Both the position numbers and the translations under genes were made by a program. Source: Candidatus Nomurabacteria bacterium (lineage in GTDB: Bacteria; Patescibacteriota; Minisyncoccia; Phycocordibacterales; UBA9973). Taken from it: a stretch of DNA of 64,000 nucleotides. Below the pieces are notes generated by a model, which searched no databases, was not told the origin of the DNA, and saw only the letters and a list, made by a program, of their open reading frames with translations. Numbering within the stretch: position 1 is the stretch's first letter; each line of letters opens with the position of its first letter. The DNA lies in contig JAHFNJ010000004.1 of NCBI GenBank assembly GCA_023267375.1, positions 513 through 64,512 of the forward strand. Reading direction: 5' to 3'. Of this stretch, positions 1 through 8,561 are shown piece by piece.

Positions 1-657
1 GCAGAGCAGTCTTTTACGACTCGTCATCTCACCGAATTTACTGGTTGGGACTTTGAAATAGGATATGTTGAATCACATCATGATGTGATGGATTTTGAAG
101 AAGGCATGATTGTGGCTGGATTTGAAGAACTACAAAAATCATTCCCTGAGCTCGAGCTTACAGTACCTGCACGACCATTTCCACGAGTCACAATTGTCGA
201 AGCGAAGAAAATTCTTGCTGGATTGAATATCGAAAGCCCTGAAGAACATGATCTATCTCCAGAAGAAGAGCGTGCGATTTCAGATTATATTAAAAAAGAA
301 AAAGATCATGATTTTGTGTTTATTACTGACTACCACAAGTCAAAAAGCGCTTTTTATCATATGCGTTTAGAAAATGATCCTGATCGTTCTCGTCGTGCTG
401 ACCTTCTCTATCGAGGGATTGAAGTAACCACACTTGCTCAACGTGAACATCGTCCAGAAATTCTTGAAAAACAAGCCCTCGAGAAGGGGATGTCGCTTGA
501 ATCACTCAAAGACTATCTAAACTTCTTCCGTTACGGTGTGCCTCCGCACGGCGGTGGGGGTATCGGCCCTGGCCGTTTTGTTATGAAAATTCTTGATTTG
601 CCAAACGTCCGCGAAGCAACCTACTTGCCGCGTGATGTAAAAAGATTAAATCCGTAA
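1..657 (+). CDS. Aspartyl/asparaginyl-tRNA synthetase (class IIb), C-terminal portion; 5' end truncated by window edge
   Basis: Frame 1 is open from base 1 into the annotated ORF (85..657). Class II motif-3 region '...YGVPPHGGGGIGPGRFVM...' and 'FTGWDFEIGY'. TAA stop at 655-657. Confidence 0.8.
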   Translation, partial: AEQSFTTRHLTEFTGWDFEIGYVESHHDVMDFEEGMIVAGFEELQKSFPELELTVPARPFPRVTIVEAKKILAGLNIESPEEHDLSPEEERAISDYIKKEKDHDFVFITDYHKSKSAFYHMRLENDPDRSRRADLLYRGIEVTTLAQREHRPEILEKQALEKGMSLESLKDYLNFFRYGVPPHGGGGIGPGRFVMKILDLPNVREATYLPRDVKRLNP

Positions 658-1715
658 TGCCTCCTTCAAACGAAAAAAGTCAACAACCCGTCCCATCTCT
701 CTTGAAAGATCGTCAAGAAAAATTCATTGCGACAGCCACTTTTTTTAAAAAAATTGATAAGGAAAATATAATTGAGGACATGGGGAAGAAACAAGAATTT
801 ATTAAGAATCTTTCTTTTGATGAATTCAATATTTTACTTTTAAGAATTAATGGTCTGTTACAGGACACACCTATCCCTGAAAGAGCCTTTAATGCAGGAG
901 AAAACCCGCTTGGTATTGTTCGATTAATAAATCAAGACAAAGAAACAATTTATAATCCACCGCTTAATGCCGATAAAATGCCTCTTCTCCAAGAAGCGTT
1001 TGAGGCTTTTCAGCGTTTGGAATCTCAGAATAAAATTGAAGACGCAGCATTTATGTTAGGAGCAACTATTAATGCCATACACCCTTTTAAAGATGGTAAT
1101 GGTAGAACTTCAAGATTTGTCTATACGATGGTTTCCTCTTCGAAAGGAAATTTCAATGCAGCAGACTGTAATCCTGAGAGTATCCAACCATTTATTGAAT
1201 CTTATATTTCTAGAAATATTTATGGACTATCAACACTTGAAGTGCCGTATATTGAGGAAACCCGAATTTTATTTCCAGCAACCATGTCAGATATGAGTAG
1301 GCTTGAATTCAATGATGCTTGCAAGCACGACTTAGACGGGATAATTGAGGCGTGTCGTGTTTATAGTAAAAAAAATGGAGAAGATTTTGATAAACATTTC
1401 ATAGTCCCCAATGAAAGAATCTTGATGAAGGAGTTTTTATTTAAAAATCAAAAAAATATAAGCAGTATTTTTGATACTTACCGTAAATTAAAAAGGGAAT
1501 ATGTGGAGGTGCTTATCGATATATTTGAAAACGCAGATAAATATCCCATAAAAACAATAACAGAAATATTTGAGAATATTCCTATTTCATATCAACGTGA
1601 GTATGGAGAAAAAACCCTTAAAGACCTTTTTTTAATCGATCAAAAAAACCGTGCGGTACATAAAAATGAGTTTTCATGGGAGTATCTCATTAAATTTTTT
1701 CAGGCAGCACAATAA
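657..1715 (+). CDS. Fic/Doc family protein (Fic motif HPFKDGNGRTSR)
   Basis: The ORF translation contains the canonical HPFx(D/E)GNGRxxR motif. Its ATG overlaps the upstream TAA (tccgTAATGc). The gene is visibly AT-rich relative to the synthetase gene. Confidence 0.75.
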   Translation: MPPSNEKSQQPVPSLLKDRQEKFIATATFFKKIDKENIIEDMGKKQEFIKNLSFDEFNILLLRINGLLQDTPIPERAFNAGENPLGIVRLINQDKETIYNPPLNADKMPLLQEAFEAFQRLESQNKIEDAAFMLGATINAIHPFKDGNGRTSRFVYTMVSSSKGNFNAADCNPESIQPFIESYISRNIYGLSTLEVPYIEETRILFPATMSDMSRLEFNDACKHDLDGIIEACRVYSKKNGEDFDKHFIVPNERILMKEFLFKNQKNISSIFDTYRKLKREYVEVLIDIFENADKYPIKTITEIFENIPISYQREYGEKTLKDLFLIDQKNRAVHKNEFSWEYLIKFFQAAQ

Positions 1716-1770
1716 CCTATCCGTATAGTCAAGTGTGTGAATTGGATAAAATCAAGTAAAATATGGTCTA

Positions 1771-2532
1771 ATGGACACGATTGAAACCGCGTATACGGTC
1801 AAAACGCCTGTGTTTGAAGGGCCGCTTGGCTTGCTACTTTCGCTTATTGAAAGCCGGAAGCTTTTTGTGAACGAGATATCGCTCGCAAAAGTGACCGATG
1901 ATTATATTGCACACATTCGCAGTATGACAGCGCCATCGCTTTCTGACACGACGAGTTTTGTCATGGTGGCAGCGACACTTGTGCTCATTAAATCAAAATC
2001 ACTTCTGCCAAACCTTGAACTGACAGTAGAAGAGACAGAAAAAATTAGCGATCTCGAAACACGACTCAAGCTCTATCAAGCGATAAAAGCAGTGACGCCA
2101 GCACTCAAAGAGCAATTCGGAGGAGCTGTTTTATATATGGCACCAGAACGCAGTTGGAATGAACCACTCTTTAGTCCTGATGCGCGAATCACACTTGAAT
2201 CAATGCTTGCCGGTGTCAAAGATGCTCTTGCACGCATTCCCAAGAAAGAATTTGTGCAAGAAGTTTCAATCAAGAAGGTGGTGAGTATCGAAGAAATGAT
2301 CGACAGTCTAACCAGTCGTATTCAATCCGCACTCAAAGTGTCATTCAAGGAGTTTTCTCGCAATCCGGAGCTCGGGACAGAAAAAGAACAGCGTGTCCAC
2401 ATCATTGTTTCATTTCTTGCGATGCTTGAACTCGTTCGAAATGGTATTATTGATGTTATTCAGAACAGTACGTTTGAAGATATGGAAATTGTGAAGCAAG
2501 AGGAAGAGCATGCTAGTAATCTGGTAAACTAG
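1771..2532 (+). CDS. scpA: Segregation and condensation protein A
   Basis: N-terminus 'FEGPLGLLLSLIESRKL...' is typical ScpA; followed by scpB. Confidence 0.8.
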   Translation: MDTIETAYTVKTPVFEGPLGLLLSLIESRKLFVNEISLAKVTDDYIAHIRSMTAPSLSDTTSFVMVAATLVLIKSKSLLPNLELTVEETEKISDLETRLKLYQAIKAVTPALKEQFGGAVLYMAPERSWNEPLFSPDARITLESMLAGVKDALARIPKKEFVQEVSIKKVVSIEEMIDSLTSRIQSALKVSFKEFSRNPELGTEKEQRVHIIVSFLAMLELVRNGIIDVIQNSTFEDMEIVKQEEEHASNLVN

Positions 2533-2596
2533 TATGCTAGGTTGGTGCATTTTGGAGTTTTCTAATTTACTAATATACTAGCTTACTAACTTACTT
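2524..2596 (+). repeat. Octamer-array intergenic element: forward copy 2524-2547 and inverted copy 2562-2596, spanning scpA stop to scpB ATG
   Basis: The sequence 'gtaaactagtatgctaggttggtg' ... 'ctaatttactaatatactagcttactaacttactt' is made of tandem T[A/G]GTA[A/T]NY units. The same family occurs at 33639-33730, 62062-62096, 62471-62507 and 63251-63283. Confidence 0.6.
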
Positions 2597-3163
2597 ATGA
2601 ATCTCGACGCAAAAATTGAAGCATTACTTTTTTATAAGGGAGAACCACTCTCTGTGGCAACGCTCGCCAAAATGCTCAAGTCAAAGGAAGACGAGATTGA
2701 AAGCGCACTACAAACACTTACAGAAAAACTCGCTGGTCGAGGTATCGATTTGATTCGTAAGGAAGATGAAGTGACACTCGCAACATCTCGTGAGATGTCT
2801 GAGGTGATTGATGCACTTCGCAAAGAAGAACTCAACAAAGATTTATCGAAGGCTAGTTTAGAAACACTCGCTATTGTCATGTATAAAAATGGCGCAACTC
2901 GCAGCGAAATCGACTATATTCGCGGTGTAAACTCGAGTTTCATTCTCCGCAACCTGCTCATCCGTGGGCTCGTTGAAAAAGTAGCCGATCAAAATGATCA
3001 ACGTCGACTCATTTACAAGCCAACATTTGAACTACTTTCGTTTATGGGAGTGTCGCGTATTGAAAATATTTCAGAATTTAGTGAACTTCATGCGACACTT
3101 TCAAATGAAATCGCTAAGAGTGTTGAGGCAAAAATAGAAGATACTACGCAAGCAAACTCATGA
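2597..3163 (+). CDS. scpB: Segregation and condensation protein B
   Basis: 'IEALLFYKGEPLSVATLAKML' ScpB winged-helix N-terminus. TGA stop overlaps the next ATG (ATGA). Confidence 0.8.
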   Translation: MNLDAKIEALLFYKGEPLSVATLAKMLKSKEDEIESALQTLTEKLAGRGIDLIRKEDEVTLATSREMSEVIDALRKEELNKDLSKASLETLAIVMYKNGATRSEIDYIRGVNSSFILRNLLIRGLVEKVADQNDQRRLIYKPTFELLSFMGVSRIENISEFSELHATLSNEIAKSVEAKIEDTTQANS

Positions 3164-4164
3164 GACATACAGAAATAGACAACCGCATAATCGGTGCTTT
3201 GGTCTGCGTGCTTTTTTTGGCTGCCATTTTTATTCAAACAAGTGCAGTACAGCAAAAAGCACGTTTTGTTCAAGCGCAAAAAGAAAAAGCTGAAGCAGAA
3301 TTGTATGGACCCCTCGGTAATGTTCCTATTGATGCAAAAGCGGCCTTTGTTTACGATTTGACTCGTGGCAAGATAATTTTTGTGCGCCACGAAGATTGGA
3401 GGTTGCCACTTGCGTCACTTACAAAAATAATGACAACCGTGGTAGCAAAAGAAGTTTTACCAGCAGATACTGTTGTTACTATTCCTCGCGCAGCAATTTC
3501 ACAGGAAGGGGATTCAGGGCTTAAAGAAGGCGAGAAATGGCCGCTCACGAATCTTTTACAGGTTATGCTCGTCGGTTCTTCAAATGATGCAGCTCGCGCA
3601 ATTGCGCTTTCAGCAGAAGATGTACTCGCACCCAACACTATTGAAGAAGCAATAGTTTCCGAGAATACAATTGCTCATTTTATTCAAAAAATGAACGAGA
3701 CAGCACAATCGCTACACCTCACGCAAACTTCTTTTTCGAACGAAACTGGTCTTGATGTTTCGGCAACGGATAATGGTGGTTATGGTTCCGCTCGTGATAT
3801 AGGCACACTGCTTAAGTATGCGTACGATAAATACCCAGATCTTTTTGGGCCAACAACCTATCCACAGATCACTACAACCTCAGCAAGTGGCAAATCGCAT
3901 ACACTTAAAAATACGGATAGTATTACCGGATCAATAACTTCTCTTCTTGCTTCAAAAACGGGGTATACAAAAATTGCTGGCGGCAACCTAGCGATTCTTT
4001 TCGATGTTCGACCAGGTGAGCCTGTTATTGCCGTGGTGCTTGGTTCAACTCGCGAAGGACGCTTTGAGGATATGCAAGAATTGATAGCTGCTACTCATAC
4101 ATGGCGAGACCGAATCGATACCGCGCTTGCGACAACGAGTAGCACAGTACCGCCTGCATTATAA
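3160..4164 (+). CDS. D-alanyl-D-alanine carboxypeptidase (peptidase S11, PBP5-like) with N-terminal TM anchor
   Basis: SxxK motif 'SLTKIMT', SxN 'SSNDAA', KTG 'SKTGYT'. Confidence 0.7.
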   Translation: MRHTEIDNRIIGALVCVLFLAAIFIQTSAVQQKARFVQAQKEKAEAELYGPLGNVPIDAKAAFVYDLTRGKIIFVRHEDWRLPLASLTKIMTTVVAKEVLPADTVVTIPRAAISQEGDSGLKEGEKWPLTNLLQVMLVGSSNDAARAIALSAEDVLAPNTIEEAIVSENTIAHFIQKMNETAQSLHLTQTSFSNETGLDVSATDNGGYGSARDIGTLLKYAYDKYPDLFGPTTYPQITTTSASGKSHTLKNTDSITGSITSLLASKTGYTKIAGGNLAILFDVRPGEPVIAVVLGSTREGRFEDMQELIAATHTWRDRIDTALATTSSTVPPAL

Positions 4165-4205
4165 GATAGGTATTTTGTATAAAAGAGGTAGTATATAGAC
4201 AATAT

Positions 4206-5267
4206 ATGATCACGAGTATTCTTAAAGTATTTATTCCAGCGACCATTGCCTTTTTTATCGGCATTATAATTACTCCTTTTTTCTCACACTTTTTTTATCG
4301 GCATCGACTCTGGAAACGTTCTTTGCGTAGCGACACCGTAGCCAACCCAGGGATGTCTGCTGAATTTAACATAATTCATAATGCAAAAGCGGAAGGAAAC
4401 ACGCCGCGTGTCGGTGGTGTTATTATCTGGGTGAGCGTTCTCCTCACCGCTCTCGTTATTTATCTGGCAGCAATTATTTTTCCAGGAGAAGCGACTTCAA
4501 GACTCAATTTTCTAAGCCGAAGCCAGACACTGCTACCATTCTTCACGCTCATTGCAGCGTCACTGCTCGGTTTACTTGATGATCTGCTGCAGATATTTGG
4601 GAATAAAAACTCAATTGTTGATGGGCTCTCACGCAGGAATCGTGTTCTTGCGGTAGCTTTGATTGGCGCAGTCGGAGCATGGTGGTTTTTTGTAAAGCTT
4701 GGTGTTGCCTCAGTCGTTGTTCCATTTGTTGGCAGTGTTGCGCTCGGTTGGCTCTTTGTACCTTTTTTTATTCTTGTAGTGCTCGCTACTTTTTCAGGCA
4801 GTATTATCGATGGAATTGATGGACTTGCGGCAGGCGTTCTTGCTTCTTCTTTTGCAGCATATGCGACAATTGCCTATTTCCAACATCAAATTGATATCGC
4901 TGTTTTTTGCGCGGTAATAACCGGTTCAATTCTGGCTTTTCTGTGGTTCAACGTTCCTCCCGCACGTTTTTATATGGGTGAGACGGGGATGGTGGGACTT
5001 ACGATTACGCTTGCAATTGTAGCGTTCCTTACGGATACGGTGCTCCTGCTCCCAATCATTGCACTGCCATTAGTAATAACATCACTTTCAGCAATTTTAC
5101 AGCGTCTTTCAAAAAAACTCTGTAACGGAAAAAAGATTTTTAAAGTGGCACCGATCCATCACCACTTTCAAGCTATTGGTTGGCCGTCATACAAAGTCAC
5201 CATGCGTGCTTGGATTATTTCAGTCATCTTTGCCGTTATCGGCGTTATTCTTGCGCTTATTTCATAA
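4206..5267 (+). CDS. mraY: Phospho-N-acetylmuramoyl-pentapeptide transferase
   Basis: 'DGIDGLAAG' and 'APIHHHFQAIGW' MraY signatures; polytopic membrane protein. Confidence 0.9.
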   Translation: MITSILKVFIPATIAFFIGIIITPFFSHFFYRHRLWKRSLRSDTVANPGMSAEFNIIHNAKAEGNTPRVGGVIIWVSVLLTALVIYLAAIIFPGEATSRLNFLSRSQTLLPFFTLIAASLLGLLDDLLQIFGNKNSIVDGLSRRNRVLAVALIGAVGAWWFFVKLGVASVVVPFVGSVALGWLFVPFFILVVLATFSGSIIDGIDGLAAGVLASSFAAYATIAYFQHQIDIAVFCAVITGSILAFLWFNVPPARFYMGETGMVGLTITLAIVAFLTDTVLLLPIIALPLVITSLSAILQRLSKKLCNGKKIFKVAPIHHHFQAIGWPSYKVTMRAWIISVIFAVIGVILALIS

Positions 5268-5270
5268 AAT

Positions 5271-6386
5271 ATGAAGGGTAAAAAAGTCGACACCATTTTT
5301 TTAGGATTGATTGCGACACTTCTCATTGTAGGCGTGTTCATGTTTATATCGGCGTCGCTTGGGGTACTCGCCAAAAACGAAACGGAATTTTATAAAGTAC
5401 TTTTCAACCAGCTGGTACTTGGATTGGGTGGTGGAGTCATTGCACTCATTGTGGGGCTCCGTGTGCCATACAAATTTTGGCGCAAAAATGCTTTTTTTAT
5501 TTTTCTTGGATCGGTAGTTCTTACAATGCTCGTGTTTGTGCCGCATCTCGGATTTTCTCATGGCGGAGCACGACGATGGATTTCTATTGGCCCAGTATCA
5601 TTCCAGCCAGTAGAATTCCTCAAGATTGGCTTCATTATGTACTTTGCCACCTGGCTTTCGTGGCTTAAGAACAAAGCTAGTGATCCAAAGTGGGGGATCG
5701 TGCCGCTTCTTGTGCTTTTCTCGACCATCGCAGTTGTATTGCTTCGCCAGCCTGATACGAAAAGCTTTATTCTGATTGTCGTGACAGGACTCGCGATGTT
5801 CTTGATTTCCGGCGTACCATGGAAATATATTTTAGGGTTAGGAATCCTGGCTGTTGTTGGTTTTGGTATCTTGGTCTCTTTCAAACCCTACTTGATTGAA
5901 CGTGTAACCACATTTGTTGATCCATCACATGATCCTACTGGTTCATCCTATCAGCTTAATCAGTCGCTCATTGCTATTGGTTCGGGAGGCATTTCAGGAC
6001 GCGGGTATGGGCAGAGTATTCAAAAATTTAGCTACCTACCAGAGCCACAAGGTGATTCGATCTTTGCTGTCATCGGCGAAGAATTCGGTTTTATTGGAAC
6101 AACGACCCTGATTTTACTGTTTACTGCTTTCGCCCTTCGTGGTATGCGCATTGCTTCGCGCTCCCCAGATTCATTCAGTAGACTTCTCGTCTCGGGAATT
6201 GTTATACTGTTCGTGTTCCAAGCATTCCTAAATATTGCATCGCTCGTCGGGCTTTTCCCTTTGACAGGCGTGCCACTTGTCTTTATCAGTCACGGAGGAA
6301 CAGCATTACTGATCACTCTTTTTTCAATGGGAATCGTGCTCAATGTTTCGCAATTTCAAACAGCTAAAATAAAAATTAAAGAATAA
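5271..6386 (+). CDS. ftsW: SEDS-family peptidoglycan glycosyltransferase FtsW/RodA
   Basis: 'SIFAVIGEEFGFIGT', 'SHGGTALL' SEDS motifs; position between mraY and murG. Confidence 0.85.
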   Translation: MKGKKVDTIFLGLIATLLIVGVFMFISASLGVLAKNETEFYKVLFNQLVLGLGGGVIALIVGLRVPYKFWRKNAFFIFLGSVVLTMLVFVPHLGFSHGGARRWISIGPVSFQPVEFLKIGFIMYFATWLSWLKNKASDPKWGIVPLLVLFSTIAVVLLRQPDTKSFILIVVTGLAMFLISGVPWKYILGLGILAVVGFGILVSFKPYLIERVTTFVDPSHDPTGSSYQLNQSLIAIGSGGISGRGYGQSIQKFSYLPEPQGDSIFAVIGEEFGFIGTTTLILLFTAFALRGMRIASRSPDSFSRLLVSGIVILFVFQAFLNIASLVGLFPLTGVPLVFISHGGTALLITLFSMGIVLNVSQFQTAKIKIKE

Positions 6387-6393
6387 TCTATTT

Positions 6394-7521
6394 ATGAAAA
6401 TTGTTTTTACAGGAGGAGGAACAGGCGGACACTTTTATCCAATCATCGCGATTGCGGAGGAGGTAAACCGCATTGTTGATGAAGAAAAAATTGTAGGAGC
6501 AAAGCTCTACTACATGTCCGATACGCCATATGACAAAGAGGCGCTCTATGACAACGGCATAACATTCCTTGAATCACCAGCAGGGAAGCGACGAACGTAC
6601 TTTTCCATATTAAATTTTTTCGATTTTTTCAAAACAGGGGTTGGTATTATTATTGCCACCATCCGACTTTTTTCTGTGTATCCTGATGTTGTTGTGGGGA
6701 AGGGTGGCTATGCAAGTTTTCCTGTGCTTGTTGGTGCTCGAATACTCCGTATCCCAGTAATCATCCATGAATCTGATTCATATCCTGGTCGTGTAAACCT
6801 TTCTGCTGGTAAGTTTGCAAAACGTATTGCTGTTTCGTATGACGAAGCTGCACAGTATTTTCCAAAAGGGAAAACAGCTTGGACTGGCCAGCCGATACGA
6901 ACTGAGATCCAAGAACCGATTAAAAAAGGAGCTTTTGAATATTTAAAATTTGATGCATCCATTCCAGTAATTTTCATTATTGGTGGCTCACAAGGAGCAC
7001 AGCTTATTAACGAAACGATCTTAGATGCACTGCCTGAACTTTTAAATTCGTATCAAGTTATTCATCAGGTTGGTGCAAAAAATATAAAACAGGTTTTGAG
7101 CCAGGTTGAGGTGGTTCTTGAAAAACATCCATATAAAGAACGCTATTTACCGTTTGCATTCTTGAATGTGCTGGCAGAACGTATGGCCGCTGGCGCTGCG
7201 ACTATTATTATTTCTCGCGCTGGTTCAACAATCTTTGAAATCGCACAATGGGGTGTACCGTCTATTATTATTCCAATCACCAATTCAAACGGTGATCACC
7301 AACGTAAAAATGCATTTACCTATGCTCGCGAAGGTGGGTGTCTTGTCATAGAAGAAACAAACTTAACACCCCATCTTTTGAATCTTGAAATTGATAAATT
7401 GATTGCGAACCAACCGCTTCGAGAAAAAATGGTGGCCGCTGCTCACGCATTCGCCAAACCAGATGCTGCAAAAAAAATTGCACAAGAAGTGGTGAATATT
7501 GCACTGTCACACGAAAAATAA
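6394..7521 (+). CDS. murG: UDP-GlcNAc:lipid I N-acetylglucosaminyltransferase
   Basis: 'MKIVFTGGGTGGHFYP' MurG N-terminus; GT28 C-terminal 'GGSQGA'. Confidence 0.9.
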   Translation: MKIVFTGGGTGGHFYPIIAIAEEVNRIVDEEKIVGAKLYYMSDTPYDKEALYDNGITFLESPAGKRRTYFSILNFFDFFKTGVGIIIATIRLFSVYPDVVVGKGGYASFPVLVGARILRIPVIIHESDSYPGRVNLSAGKFAKRIAVSYDEAAQYFPKGKTAWTGQPIRTEIQEPIKKGAFEYLKFDASIPVIFIIGGSQGAQLINETILDALPELLNSYQVIHQVGAKNIKQVLSQVEVVLEKHPYKERYLPFAFLNVLAERMAAGAATIIISRAGSTIFEIAQWGVPSIIIPITNSNGDHQRKNAFTYAREGGCLVIEETNLTPHLLNLEIDKLIANQPLREKMVAAAHAFAKPDAAKKIAQEVVNIALSHEK

Positions 7522-7557
7522 AACCCCGAACCTTACGCGGGTCCGGAGTTTTTTTTG
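7521..7557 (+). terminator. GC-rich hairpin plus T8 run after murG
   Basis: 'aaaaccccgaaccttacgcgggtccggagtttttttt'. Confidence 0.5.
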
Positions 7558-7588
7558 AAAATTTCTAATTGTTTACGCTAAAAATTAC

Positions 7589-8464
7589 TTACATAATAGT
7601 TCCAATAGTCCCAAATCTGTTTTGGAATTCCCGATAGTCAGGAACGTGGAGTTCACCATACAAGAGCACTCCTTTCTGCCCCTTTGCATTTCTCAGAAGA
7701 TACTGGGCCATTCTCGAGTAAGAAATCTCACTCCGCACTCTTCCAAGAAGCCATGCAAATCTTTCAATGTCAGGATACATTCCGGGTGATGATTGAAACT
7801 TAGGGAGTAAATACTGTTGAGTAAGGTATACCCAACGCGGCTCCGTTCCAATCACGTACGGTTTTCTTGAATTTGAAAAAGCTAAACTGCATGGAAAATC
7901 TTTTGTTGCTAGGTCGCGAAGGAATTTTTCAGTTTCAGCATAGGTTGGGAGTTTTTTGTAGTGAAGCATTTTTGCCATACTTGAAACATTTGTTAGCTGT
8001 TCATGTATGGCTATTTTTTTATCAACACGTCCAAAATATGCTGAAAAGTCCCCACTTACTAAATCATACCCGCTGTCGAGCACTTGTTTCCTAGCAGACT
8101 CCTGGCTTGCTATCGTTTCCGTGTCTACCGACGGTTCAAAATTATTTTCCTCCATAGCTCTGAAATGGGTTACCCCGATACAATCAATGCGCACTCCCTT
8201 CATTGAATCTGACCGGAGAAATGCAATATCTGCCAGAAGTTGCGGGTATTCTTTTTTGATTGAATCAATGAATGGCGCAATGTCCTCAGGAGGATTCGGT
8301 TTATCGAGATATTCCTTAAGCTCCTCGGTTGCCATTTGTACATCAATCTGGGGTTTGGAGTCAGCATGTGCAGTAGGAATTTCTTTGCCAGATGGTGATT
8401 CCTTTTTGGGTGAACAAGATACAGTAAGAAGTATCTGTAAGCATAATAGAATTATTTTTTTCAT
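7589..8464 (-). CDS. Hypothetical lipoprotein (signal peptide plus lipobox LTVSC)
   Basis: N-terminus 'MKKIILLCLQILLTVSCS'. No confident family. The C-terminal 'VLLYGELH' resembles the ChaN/Tiki GExH motif but in an atypical position. Confidence 0.5.
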   Translation of the reverse strand: MKKIILLCLQILLTVSCSPKKESPSGKEIPTAHADSKPQIDVQMATEELKEYLDKPNPPEDIAPFIDSIKKEYPQLLADIAFLRSDSMKGVRIDCIGVTHFRAMEENNFEPSVDTETIASQESARKQVLDSGYDLVSGDFSAYFGRVDKKIAIHEQLTNVSSMAKMLHYKKLPTYAETEKFLRDLATKDFPCSLAFSNSRKPYVIGTEPRWVYLTQQYLLPKFQSSPGMYPDIERFAWLLGRVRSEISYSRMAQYLLRNAKGQKGVLLYGELHVPDYREFQNRFGTIGTIM

Positions 8465-8561
8465 TTTTTTTGTAATTTAAAAGTTTATTTTTGTTTACAT
8501 TAACAATATAATTAATTATTGTCAAGTCGTCCAAAAACCTTAATTTTGCTATTATTCTCTC

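Noticed and set aside
2597-3163. UGA recoding (code 25 or code 4)
   Set aside because: scpB and several other genes terminate at TGA at the expected C-termini, and an RF1 gene is present. Standard code 11 fits all long ORFs.
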